A stretch of 64,000 nucleotides of DNA, from positions 4,340,001 through 4,404,000 of the forward strand of contig CM022670.1 in the NCBI GenBank assembly GCA_012295275.1. The letters run 5' to 3'. Of this stretch, positions 1-12,125 are shown piece after piece. The translations under genes and the position numbers were made by a program. The stretch is from Chrysomallon squamiferum (Eukaryota > Animalia > Mollusca). The notes below the pieces were generated by a model. The model made no database searches. It was not told where the DNA came from and saw only the letters and a list, made by a program, of their open reading frames with translations. The first letter of the stretch is position 1. Each line of letters begins with the position of its first letter.

Positions 1-1068
1 TAGAGATGTCAAAATAAATTACAGCTTTCTTAAAACTAAAACATTATGCTTGCTGGTAGTTTTATTTTTGTAGTTAGTAAATTAATAAGACTGAAGAAAA
101 CAAGCATGATTTTGTTATTTTCCCTTGACAGACCATGCATGTTTTGAACTTACACCCATTTTTATTTTGAGTTATAAACAAATATTATCTAGAAAAGAAC
201 TGGATGAGTTTTGTAAATAAAATATAAAATTTTTATTTTGATTCCATTATTTTAAAAAAATGCATTGATCATATATTTTTCTTTTGTTAATTACATTTTG
301 CCAAATATTTATCATTATTTATATAAGAATAATATATAAATATTTGTTTATAAGTTTAATTTTTTATTACATCTTTGTTATGTGTTGTTTGTTTTACATT
401 GATAAACCTGTTTTAAATTTAGTAATTTAAAATTGTTATACATTGATAAATTATTTTTAATAGTAATGTAAAAGTTTAAAAGCAAAATATAATAAATCTG
501 TATTTATTGTTTTGATCTTTCTAACTGCATTCAAAAAGAAAAATGTTTGCTTTCATTAATGAAAACTTGAACCTGTATCATACTAAGTTAGTGTTGTTTT
601 TGTTTGTTTTGGGGGTTTTGTATTAATTTTATTACTAATTATTATTGTTATTGTTATTGCTATTGTTATTGTTATTGTTATTGTTATTATCATTTAAATA
701 TATATTAAACAAATTTGAAATTTTCTTTTTCATATTTCTGATTGTTTAATTAACAGTTAACAGTCCATTTATAAGATTAAAACAAATAATAATAATAAAA
801 TTAAATTCTTCATATTTTGTAAATACTATCCAACATAACTGTTAAATTAAACAATAACATTTTCAAAGGAAAAATACATTAAAGTATTGAAAATGGCAGA
901 CCACAAACACAAGACTCAAACTTTAAAAAAAATGTTTGATTATTATTTGTATTTATTTCTGAATAATTCTGTTTTATGTTTGGCATCCCTGTGTGTAGCT
1001 GAATGTGTGTGAACTGCTGTGTGACAGTGTGTGTTACTTGTTATTTATTTGTCTGGTTATGTTCACAG

Positions 1069-2070
1069 AAGCCCATAGATCAGACTGGTACAATTCGAGG
1101 CTTTACTAGGCAGGGTTATTTATACCTCATGGAAAGAAGTGAGTAATGCTGTTATTATGTTTATTCTTATCTTTTTATTATTGATTTTATTACTTAGCTG
1201 GGGTATTTATTTATTCATTTATTCATTTATTTGTTTATTTATTTATTTATTTATTTATTTACTATTATTTTTTAATGTTCTTTTAGATATTGGTGTGTTT
1301 ATGGTAAATTTAATTTATCTTTTTATCTGGAGGGATTTTTGGTTATGTTTGTTATTATTATTTAAATTTTATACAAGATTTGTTTGCTATGTAAAGTTAA
1401 AATTATTTTAAACTTTTGTTGACTTTATTGTATTAATTATTTTAAGCTTTTTCCTCATTGGAAAAAAAATGAACACTATATATGGTCTCTCATTGTATTT
1501 TTTTGTTTTGAAGAAGGACAAATTTTGTAAGATCATTTCAACGTGTTTAAATCTTTTTGTTTATTTAGTGCTATCTTTTTTTATTTCAGAGGCACTTGGA
1601 ACAACATGGACTAAATATTACTGTCAATACAAAAAAGAAACCAAAGAATTCTTCATGATTCTTTTTAATCAGATTGGTGGAAAACTGGTAAAATATTTTT
1701 CTAATTTTTTTTTAATCTCTTTTTATATTTTATCATTTCTCTTCAGAACTCCTTTTCAGCAAGTTTAGATAAAACTAAATAAACAAAGATATTCCATCAT
1801 GTATGTATCATAACTGATCTAAAACCATTTGGATGCTATGTTGAGATGTCTTTATACAAATGTTCATCAGTTTTCATCCTTACATTAAGATGTCACAAAA
1901 CAGGATTTCTTTATTTCTATAGGATAATAAAAAATTTAGAGATAAGATTTTAAGAATGAGCAATGGAGATGTTTAAGAAAATTGTATTATTTATTTTTTT
2001 ATTTATTTATCTTTTTTATTTTTCAAAATTATTTTATTTTTATTTTAATATTATTACTATTACTATTACA

Positions 2071-2142
<72 letters not shown>

Positions 2143-3914
2143 GTTTTTTGTTTTTATTTCTTATTTCTTATTTTATTTTAATTGAAAAAATGGGGCAGAT
2201 TTTTAGTAATATACCAGACATAAAAATTCTTTTATGAGATTTATACTTTGTTGTATAACAGAGCAATGTTTGTCATTCCATTTTTGATTTTGTTTTGTTT
2301 TGTTGTGTTGCAGAATATTCCTGAAAAACATACCCTTGATACATGTGTCAGGTAAGTGTTTTTTTAAATCATTTGATAGTGTAGTATATGTTATTATTTG
2401 TCTTTTCATATTATGTTTTTTACTTTATTTAATTTTATATTTTCAATTTTTGTTTTAATTTTGATTTATTTATAAATTTGTTATGCTTTCTTTCTTTTAA
2501 CATTTTGTTTTATTAAATATTAATTCAGTTTATTTATCTAATTATTATTTTTGTATATTTATTTGATAATTTATTTTATTTTGTCAGATTTTACTTCAGT
2601 TTAGTTTTGAAACTGTTAAGATTATTTTATTTTATTTTCTTAATGTTAAAGTTTTGGGGTTTTTTGTTATTATTATTATTATTTTGTTTATGCATATTTC
2701 CCCACAATTTTAATTTTTACAAGATTATTTCATTGTTATTGAATTTCTATGTATATTTTTACAGAAAAGTCCCTTTTTTTCCCTTTCTTTTTTTTCTTTT
2801 TATATATTTTCAAATTCATATACTAATACTTAATAGTTATTTTTTATTTTATTTTTTTTTGCAGACGAGCACATGATTCCATTGAGAAAAGGTTTTGCTT
2901 TGACATTACATTTAAAGAAAGGTACTGTACATTAAAATATTTTTAATTTTTATTTATTATTATTATTATTATTATTTTTATTTTTTTATTTTTTTTTTTT
3001 TATGGCATGTTGAACAAATTTTGCAAGAAAACAAGTTGACTTTCTAACACCTACAATATTTAATTTCAATTTGATGATCGTTGATTTATTTTATTTAATT
3101 ATTTTTTTTGGTGCTTAATGTGTATATGTGTATTTCTTAATTTTTTGTTTTATCAAAGGCCTGGCACAATGACTTTTCAAGCTTTATCTGAAGAAGATCG
3201 TCAGTTGTGGCTACGAGCAATGGATGGCAAAGAACCAGTTTACCTTGCACCAAAAGCTAAAACTGAGGACAGTAAGTTGATTTTTATCAGTGCCTTTAAT
3301 TAATAAACATAATCTGCACTGAAACTTGCTAAACTCTTTATCATGACAAGAGAAATAAATTATTTTTTATTTGCCCTGTCCAATAACCAATTTAAATGTT
3401 AAAAACTTCAAAAATAAAAACTATAATTAAGAGAATAGATAACTGTGTCATGAACATACCAGTAGCTATTTTTTTTTTTTGCTGTTTTTTGCTATGGACC
3501 ATATTAAACATTTTCTTTCACTATTTTTTTTTATGATTCTATGTTTGAAATGTGTTGATGATTGATACAGTGTGCAAAATGAAAACACATCTTTTTTCCC
3601 TTTTAATTATTTTTTTTAGTTTTTTGTTGTTTTTTTGTTAAAATTATTAATTACTGTAAGTGAAAGGTAATATGATATTGTTTTCTATTTTTATTTTTTA
3701 TTATTTTATTTTTTTTTTTTCAGCTTTGCTTGATGATATAGGTTTTTCTTTTATGAAGAAATGTATCATGGCAATAGAAGCTAGAGGTATGTGTTTGTTA
3801 TAGACATGTTTGTGTTTTTTCTTTCAGTTACCTACAAGATATTCTGTAAACATAATCACTTGTTTTGTAATGGACCAGACAGTATTTATTTAATGTTTAT
3901 TTTGTAAAGTGTTT

Positions 3915-3945
<31 letters not shown>

Positions 3946-4381
3946 TCTGCTTCTTAAATTCAATAGACATAAAACTTGATATGGGCTGTGTTTCTGTTAT
4001 ATGTCATTCCTCAAAACAGCTGTGATTTCAAGGTCAGACAAAAAGTACTGATTCAACAATTCCCATGCAAGCCACAACTGGTATATGAGAGATTGTATAT
4101 ATGTATTTTCTTTCAAGTGGGAAGATTAATGCAAAAAATGATTTGTACTTATTATCAATAAAAGCAGCTAATACTTTGCTGGTGGCATGTTTTTCTCTTT
4201 TAAGCTGCATAAATATTAATGTGAAATCGTGCAGAGATGTTATTAAATAACTGATGATTTGATTACATTTCTTGCAGGTCTTCATGAGCAGGGCCTGTAC
4301 AGGGTGGTTGGAGTCAATTCTAAAGTTAATAGACTTATCCAAATGGGACTTGGTATGTCTTGGCAGCTCTTTCTAATCAAA

Positions 4382-4417
<36 letters not shown>

Positions 4418-7400
4418 GGTTAAGACTGATTATAAAAAATTGTAACAACATACAGTAGTAATATTTAAATTAATTTTATTTAACTAAGAGTTAAATATTA
4501 TTGAAATTTATCTTGATGTAATATTTTGCAAGAGGTGGATGTTCCTTATTTTTAGACATTTTTGTTTCAATGGTTTCAATTTATTTTCTCTATTTTGTTT
4601 TCAGACAGAAGGAAAGCAGACAAACTGAATTTAGATGATCCTTCAGTTTGGGAAACTAAAACTATAACTAGTGCTGTGAAAAATTACCTCAGGTAAATAA
4701 AAAGTGACATACACAGTAAGTTAGTGTTCAGATCCTGGATCAGGAAATGCATCATCGTTTCCCACGTGTGACTGAGGATTTTTATTTTTGATATTTCTGT
4801 TACAAAATACATTCTCAAGGGGTCCATAATTTTTTCTAATACTGAGAAATTGATTCTGGATGCTTTTATTCAAGAGTATCTGGTGTCCAAAAACATATGT
4901 TTATTTGAGGTGCACAAAAATGTAGTGAAGCAACACAGTAAACTAATCTTATATTTTGCAGAATAGTTTCCAAAATCTTTTCTCAACAAGATTCACACTT
5001 AAATATACCTCTTTTGGGAAGTGATTTTGGAAACTCTTCTGAAAAATAAAATATTTGTTTGCTATGTTGTTTGACTACATTTTTGAAATACAAACTTTTA
5101 TAAAATTCTTCTGATTTTGAACAGAAAAAACATTTTGAAGCTCTGTCTTGAGTACTTTTTTTATATGTAGTTTTCTGTAGAACATATGGTTGTCCAAGGA
5201 CCAAAAAAGATGATAATTTGAGAATGGTAAACATGGTCTATGATACTAAGCTTATGTTTCACTGGACAATTAATATCTGGTTGCACATTTTCCTGAAGGA
5301 AGACAACTAACATGACATGCTTCTGGATCATCTTGTATTCACTTCTTGCTTCTACTGTGAACACCCAAATGTGATTTTAGTCTGGTGGTGAATGATCTAC
5401 ATGATACCCACAATATTAACAAACTATTGCCATACATAGGATTATTGTTTAAATAGTTAACAAAAAAGAGAAATTCAAATACTGCACAAACTTTTTTGAC
5501 TACAGCTTTTTTGTTAGTTGTGTGGATGCTTGTTTTATACACTATAAAGTTGAAAAAATTTATCACAGTTTATTTCTTTTTCAGATCTCTGCCGGAGCCA
5601 CTGATGTCTTTTAAACTTCATGACAGTTTTATAAAAGCTGCAAGTGAGTTTTCTGAAACAGTTTTTATCTAAAAAAAAAGTTTTAAAACTATTCAGATCA
5701 TAAGGTTATGTTTGAAATATTTTGTGTATTTAATGCTAGAATGTTTTTGTTATATTTGAATTGCTTGCCTTCCTCTGTATATGTCTGACTGAAGATGAGT
5801 GTGTACATCATTATATGTGAGACTGATCAGTGGAGTTATTGTATTATAGGTGTTTTGGTTGTAATTATTTTTAAATTTTGTATTTGTGTGTGTATATGTA
5901 CACATCTATTTTTGTTACTATGGGATTGTTATATTTTTGTGATATTTATAATTTATATTAGTTATAGTTTAATTTTTCAACTGTTTATTTTCACAGAACA
6001 GGAATCTAAAACACTGCGGATCCTAGATATTCACAAACTGGTTTACGACTTACCAGAATCTTTCTTTGAAATGTTAGATCTACTCACTGAGCATTTACAC
6101 AAGTAAGTCAGCAGAGTTCATCTCTGTCTGTGAAACAGATTTACTTTTAATACATAAATACATTTAAGATATTAATTTATTTTGCACTGAGCTATCATTA
6201 AACATTCATTTATTCCTTCATAATCTCATTATTCCACATATTTATTTATTTATTATTTTATTTTTTCTTTTTTTTTTTATTTTTTTTGAATCTCTTTATT
6301 ATTATGAAAGTTAATTGAAGAATAATTATTTAGAACATTTGTTATTTTGTCAAAATGTATTGGATTCTGTGGTACAGAAATGCTGTGTGTGTCAAGGTCT
6401 GTAGGGTTGTGCCTATCAAATTCTCTAATTGATAAAAATAACTCTTGCAATTACAGAAGTTTTGATCATTTTTAAAAATATCTTTTAAATGGTTTGACAT
6501 TTGATAATTATTGTTGTAAAATGTTTTGAGAGGTGTTTTATCCATCACTTTTCTTCCTTTCTTTCAAAACCCAGAGTGGCCATGGAAAGTGACAAAAACA
6601 AGATGACTGTTGGTAACCTAGGTGTTTGTTTTGGACCCACGTTGATGAGACCTGAGGAGGAAACAATGGCTGCAATCATGGACATCAAATTCTGCAACAT
6701 TGTTGTGGAAATTCTCATTAATAATTATGAAAAGGTGACTAAAAGAACAATATTTTTTTGGTGTATAAAATTAAATAATTTCTCATAAATTCAGATTTGT
6801 TAATCTCTGAGTTTAAACATTTCTCAGAAAATAAAATGCTTTATTTAATGTCAGAGGACAGTGGTTGTAAAAAGAAAAAAGTATCAAATAATAGATTATA
6901 TATATATATATATATAATTAATTTATTTGTATTTACTTATTTACCATTTTTAACACAACATATAAAATTCTTTAGGAATGCAAAGGATAGGTCTTAATAA
7001 ATGAATGTATTGGTTGTATAATTTTTTTTTTATATAACTGTACTAACACATTACATAATTATATTTTTCAATGACAGATTTTTAAAACTGATCCTGAAGA
7101 CGTTGATCCCAGTGATTCAAGAAGGGCATTTTCTCGGAACAATGCAATTAAGATACAGGCAGTAGCTAACAACAGGCCTGATGGTGGCGCTCACCCAGTC
7201 AGCTCTTCCACACCAGTATTACTACGCGATGGGGGCGCCTCTAGTGGCCAGCAGACCATCTATGCAAACCAGGCTCCGGTCCACCCATCATCGGCATCTT
7301 CGGCTGGACGAGGAAAACTGCGACCGGTTCAGATTTACAATCCAAGTACTGGGGGTATATTTATAAGTTTGCTTTGCCTGCTAGAGTAGTCGACTTGCAG

Positions 7401-8364
7401 TTTGCAATGCCTGCCTGATGCACTTGATGACAGACTAATGATTTTCTTTAAAGTGTTCTTGAAGGTTGTTTTTCTTTTTGTTTTTTTTTAGAGAAAAAGT
7501 TTAGAAGATTTTAACTGACGGTGATTTGCAGTAAAACATTTTGATGCTATCAGAAGCTGCAGTTTTAATTCATAAATTAAATGCTGTCTATCAGAAGTAG
7601 TACCCAAAATAATTAAGACATAGAATTATCTTCCATCTTATTATTTTCAAAAGCCTATCATTAATTCAAGATAGTGGTAAAATATCAGTTTAATAGTAAT
7701 ATACGTTTGGTGAGAATTCCAGTTGGAATATTTATGTTAATATCCAAGTCTGAGCAGATTGTGGCTATGTGACATTGAACACATCTTATAGCTGGTGGGT
7801 CACATAATCAGTTTTCTTCACTAGGCTCATTGGGCTATTTCCCATTCCTGCTAGAGCTCCAACAAAGGATGAGGTATGAAAATGCATTTTACATATCCCT
7901 TCCTCTCATTATCTCACTTTGATTAGCATATAGTTTCCTCTAATACTGTTGTTAGAGATTTTACATAACAGATATCTAATAATCATTAAAATAAAAAAAG
8001 TTTGTATAAACAAAACATTCGTTTTTATGTCTAACTGAAATGATTAAAATACTCACAAAAGATTCATGTGTTTGGAGTTGCTGCATCTTGTTTCAGCTGT
8101 GTTGAGGTTTTTGATATTTATCAGCTGGATTTTTTATTTATTATTATTATAAAAATAGTGACCACTAGAATGTTTTAAAAAAATAATGAAGATATTTTTT
8201 AATTAATTAATCTTTCATTTTTCTTTTTGTTTGGACAAAGAAAATTAATCAGTTTTCTATTACTTTGATAATTTAGTTTACTTTTTTAAATATTCTAAAA
8301 TTATTATAATGTATAGGTTATTATTTTATTTAATTTTATTTTACTATTATTTCTACTGTTACTG

Positions 8365-8411
<47 letters not shown>

Positions 8412-11400
8412 CGAGTAATGAAATACTTAAAATGCTCTGTATGAATTTAAATATTTGTAATAGTTTTAATTATTATTATTATTTTTAAATTATTGTTTAA
8501 TTTTTATTTAGCTTTTTTGCATCATAACTAATAATAATTATTTTACAATATACAGAGTTTCTAATAATTAAAAAACAATAACAATTAATATATATTAGAG
8601 TTTTGTATATCTGAAATAGAGAGTGCAATATTCCTATTTTATATTTACATACATTCATGCACACAAGCAAAAATGTTTTAATAATTTTGTGGTTTTTGAA
8701 ATGCATGACAATAGATAACAGAATTTTCTATTAATATAAAACAAATTACTGCATCAACTTATAATGAATGGAAAACAAAATAGTAAAATATAGTAAATAT
8801 ACTACAGTTTTTAACTTGTTGTTCCCCCATTTATTAGTTTATAAAATTTATGTACCATTTTTCTTATTAAAATAAAAATATATTATATTAAATATATCCT
8901 AGATTTTAAAATGTGATAATTTTTGTGGATTTTGCATTAATAAATTATCTTTTATTGAATATAATTCGATTTTTGAAATGCACTTTTCTTTAGTTTTCTT
9001 CTTATTATTATATTCCTAGATATTCCAAGATGAGGAAAAGCACAGCCATGCAAAGCATTATTATTACTGATATTTTAATTTTAAAACCACTTCAAACCTT
9101 GTGAATTGTTTGTAACACAAATACTGATAATTATATTAGATATATTTTTTTGTTAATTTTCTGATTTGTTTGTTTCTCTAGGTTTTGAAACACACAGCAA
9201 TACTAGCAGTAGTTCAGATTCACTGAACAACTCCAAGCCTACGCACCAATCACACTTGCCTAAAATGGCTTCACCTAAGCTGGATGGAATTCGTCGAGGG
9301 TCAAACAGTGCAATAACATACTCCAACGTCAGTGTTAGTGCAATGGGTAAACATCTGTTTTTCTAAAAAGAAAATTAATCTTCTCTTTTCTTTTTTTATT
9401 ATTATTATTATTTATATTTTTTAATTTATTTTTTGTATGGTTGCAGTCCAATTTTACATTGTTTTTGCACAGGTGACAGTTTTAAAGCAGTTTTCTAGTT
9501 CAAATTTGCTAATTTACCTTCAGTTATTAGAAGAATAATGCTTGGTTTTTAAAAAAAAAAGTTTAATTGATTTTCTTTTTAAATTTAATTTGTTTTTATT
9601 TTTATTTTATTGTATTTACTAAATAGTTTATTTCATTGAATATATTAGTAAAATAAGGATTGTGTCTGCTGTAATTATAATTTTTCAGTTCTTGATAAAT
9701 TATACATTTGAAATATCACAAAAAAAATAAAAAATGACCTATATATTTGAACATTTTATCCAGTTTGTGAATGTTAAAATCCTATATTACTTTAAAAAAG
9801 AAAAAGAAAAAAATGTCTGTATGTCTGTCTATCTACCTATGTCAAAAGTAAAAAAGAAATTTGCATATGCTTACTAAATAAGTTCAGTGTGAATATTTTA
9901 AAGTAATTTGTCTTTTTGTTTTCTTTTCCAGCAAACAGATTTAACATTGGAAGTGGAGCAGATGCACCAACCTTGTAAGTAAAGTTTTAAAATAACAGCA
10001 TTATTTTTAAACATTTGCTCACTTTAGAAACTTTTGCTTTAATTAATAATGCAGTTGCTTTCTTACCAACTTCTGACATTTCTTTGAAGTTGTGTTTACT
10101 TTTCTCTCTTATGAAATAAGGTCACACACAATATAATGAAAGTTATTTTCAGTAACTTTATAATTAAAGGCTGGTGGCAGAAAATGAATTTATGTGATTT
10201 TTGTGAATGTTTATGTGCTATGCAAAATTACTTTTTGCTTCTTTTTTTTTTCTCTTTATTAAAAGTGAGTTTATATTTCAGTGGCAGCGTTAAAAAGAGA
10301 TCATCAAATGATTACAGTGCACCTGGAACACCTGTTATGTAAGTACAACAAGTAGAAATACTTAAAATAATTAAATAATCATTTAAAATACTTTACAACA
10401 TAATATTAATAACACATGAATTGTATTAGGCAGTGGTTTTTTTCACAACTAGTTTTCCAAAGTTGTTGATTCTTTTCTGTGGGGAAAATGTATAAAGAAG
10501 TTTCCTTGCTGTTAAAAAAAAAGAATAACCCACTGCATAGCAGTAGCAGGTTTCTTTTCTTCATGGTTTATATGTGTATGTCACATTAATTTGAAATTAA
10601 AATGTGTTGAGTGTCATTATGTGAAATAAATCTTCCTTCTACTTATGTGTACTGTGACTGTTTTAATGTAGGAATTCGTCACTACACACAAGTATGACTG
10701 GCAGTATAGGAAGTACTTCAAGCAGTACAAACAAAGCGCCTGGAAGGTAAATATTACATTCCATTCTCCCTCAGTCTTCACTGTCAATAAAGTTTAGTTA
10801 TTCTTAATGTTAATAATTTTAAATGTTTCAAGTATTTTTATAGCAGTAGTAATGGGTGTTTATGGTTATGGGAGGTATTTGTATGTGTAAACATACATTT
10901 TATTTTATTTTATTTTATTTTATTTTATTTTATTTTATTTTATTTTTTAGGCCCCCTGATACATACAGAATAGTTCATTTTGCTTATAATTAATTTTTAT
11001 TTAGCTACAAATGTCTTTGTTTGCAGTGTAATCAACTTTATTTTGCTTATTTGGTTTATATTTCCTGTTAAATATTTAATATTACTGTGTTTAAAAACCT
11101 AGCTTTAAATTTTAAAATATATTTATTACATTTAATGATTTATAGAAATATTAGATTTATTTTCATACATAATTTTGAATATTTTGTTATTTTTCTTTCA
11201 TAATTTAAAGTATGAGTATTAATTAATTAATTACATTCATTGTTAACTTTTTATTTTGATTTTTTTGTTAACTTCATAGTATGGTACATAACAATAATAA
11301 ATAATTTTTTTGTTCTCATAAACACTGGATAGTTAGTTAAATCTGTAAATTGAATTCTCTGTTAACAGGACAGTCCGGGCACTATATCAGTGTACAGCAG

Positions 11401-12125
11401 AGAATGAAACAGAATTATCTTTTGAAGCAAATCAACTCATATATAATGGTATGTTTATACATTTTTGTAAATAATTCACTTGTCATCATAACACATACAG
11501 CTTTTCTGCTGCATTGTAATCATGAGGTTAAACCTTTTTTAAACAGTTTTCTTCTTATTGTAAAATATTCTCCTTTTCTGCTGCATTGTAACTGATAATT
11601 ATTAAAGGCAACAGCTAACATGGTCTTATGGTGTTACATGTATTTTTATAATACTTAAGTCTTAATTTTTTCTTTTCTTACTAATTTGTCATGCAAGTTT
11701 ATTTTTCAGGTCAGTAAATCAGTGTTGATTATGGTTTATATTCGAATTTATATTGAATTAAATTATTTTTTAATTATCATCTTTATTATATTTTGATTTT
11801 TTTATTTCATTGAACTAATTAGTTGGTTCAATTTTCTTTTCTTTTTCTTTGATTTTTTCATGTGTTGATAATTTGAATTTTTGTGATTTTGTAGAAAAGA
11901 TCTTTCAGTATAAATGTGTTGGTTACCAAAAATCTGTGGCTTTATATCAGCACCTTCAAAAATATTTCATCTTTTCAGAGATTTTAGTATTTTATTATTC
12001 TGGGTAACCTAAAGTTTTCTTTTTGATTTTCAGTTAAATATTCCAAAGAACCTCACTGGCTGGAGGGCTCAATAAATGGAAAGTATGGTCTGATTCCTGA
12101 AAACTATGTAGAATTCATAGACTGA
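1069..12125 (+). CDS. ARHGAP26: GRAF/oligophrenin-family Rho GTPase-activating protein (ARHGAP26/ARHGAP10-like), 5'-partial (BAR domain upstream of window), 18 exons
   Basis: Exons 1069-1138, 1590-1687, 2314-2351, 2865-2921, 3159-3271, 3724-3786, 4278-4352, 4605-4692, 5585-5643, 5997-6102, 6575-6734, 7078-7354, 9182-9346, 9932-9974, 10282-10338, 10672-10746, 11369-11448, 12034-12125. All introns are GT-AG with matching phases (1716 nt, TGA at 12123-12125). PH domain: [24 protein letters not shown]...IEKRFCFDI...[22 protein letters not shown]. RhoGAP with intact arginine finger: [12 protein letters not shown]...[19 protein letters not shown]...[20 protein letters not shown]-terminal SH3: [18 protein letters not shown]...[23 protein letters not shown]. 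The symbol is the nearest vertebrate paralogue; invertebrates have a single Graf. Confidence 0.93.
2071..2142. repeat. (ATT)n microsatellite
   Basis: About 24 ATT units; source of the poly-I and poly-L pseudo-ORFs. Confidence 0.95.
7790..7880 (+). mobile_element. Degenerate SINE-like fragment
   Basis: ggctcattgggctatttcccattcctgctagagctcc...aaaggatgaggtatg resembles, from memory, the body of a tRNA-derived gastropod SINE. Its gggctatttcc core recurs in reverse complement at ~41827-41837. Confidence 0.35.
8368..8410. repeat. (ATT)n microsatellite
   Basis: Direct inspection. Confidence 0.9.
10475..10640 (+). mobile_element. Degenerate SINE-like 3' half (Nin/Deu-domain-like core plus tail)
   Basis: tctgtggggaaaatgtataaagaagtttccttgctg...aagaataaccca...gcaggtttc...aattaaaatgtgttgagtgtc...aaataaatcttccttc follows the order of blocks I recall for a mollusc SINE; not verified by search. 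Confidence 0.4.
10898..10946. repeat. (TTTTA)n pentanucleotide repeat
   Basis: Direct inspection. Confidence 0.9.

Noticed and set aside
108-170. Strong-looking acceptor (ttttcccttgacag at 131) followed by a short ORF TMHVLNLHPFLF*
   Set aside because: Could be an alternative terminal exon, but it has no good donor or homology and the upstream exon is outside the window.
999-1004. tgtag|CTGAAT|gtgtgt 6-nt exon-like pattern
   Set aside because: Weak acceptor and donor inside a TG-rich tract; the downstream intron would be only 64 nt.
1139-2876. ORFs rich in L/I/F/Y (e.g. 1139-1411, 1963-2181, 1982-2185, 2607-2876) and similar ones at 35041-35483, 46130-46615, 56606-56788 and 58497-59480
   Set aside because: Translations of T-rich intron sequence and microsatellites; no protein signal.
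9447-9480. gtttttgcacag|gtgacagt AG-GT junction in a GRAF intron
   Set aside because: The 26-nt version shifts frame, the 6-nt version has a very poor donor (gttttt), and the GTGACA donor is weak.
11501-11591. 19-bp direct repeat cttttctgctgcattgtaa (11501 and 11573)
   Set aside because: Only two copies, a local duplication; not a CRISPR-like or other array.
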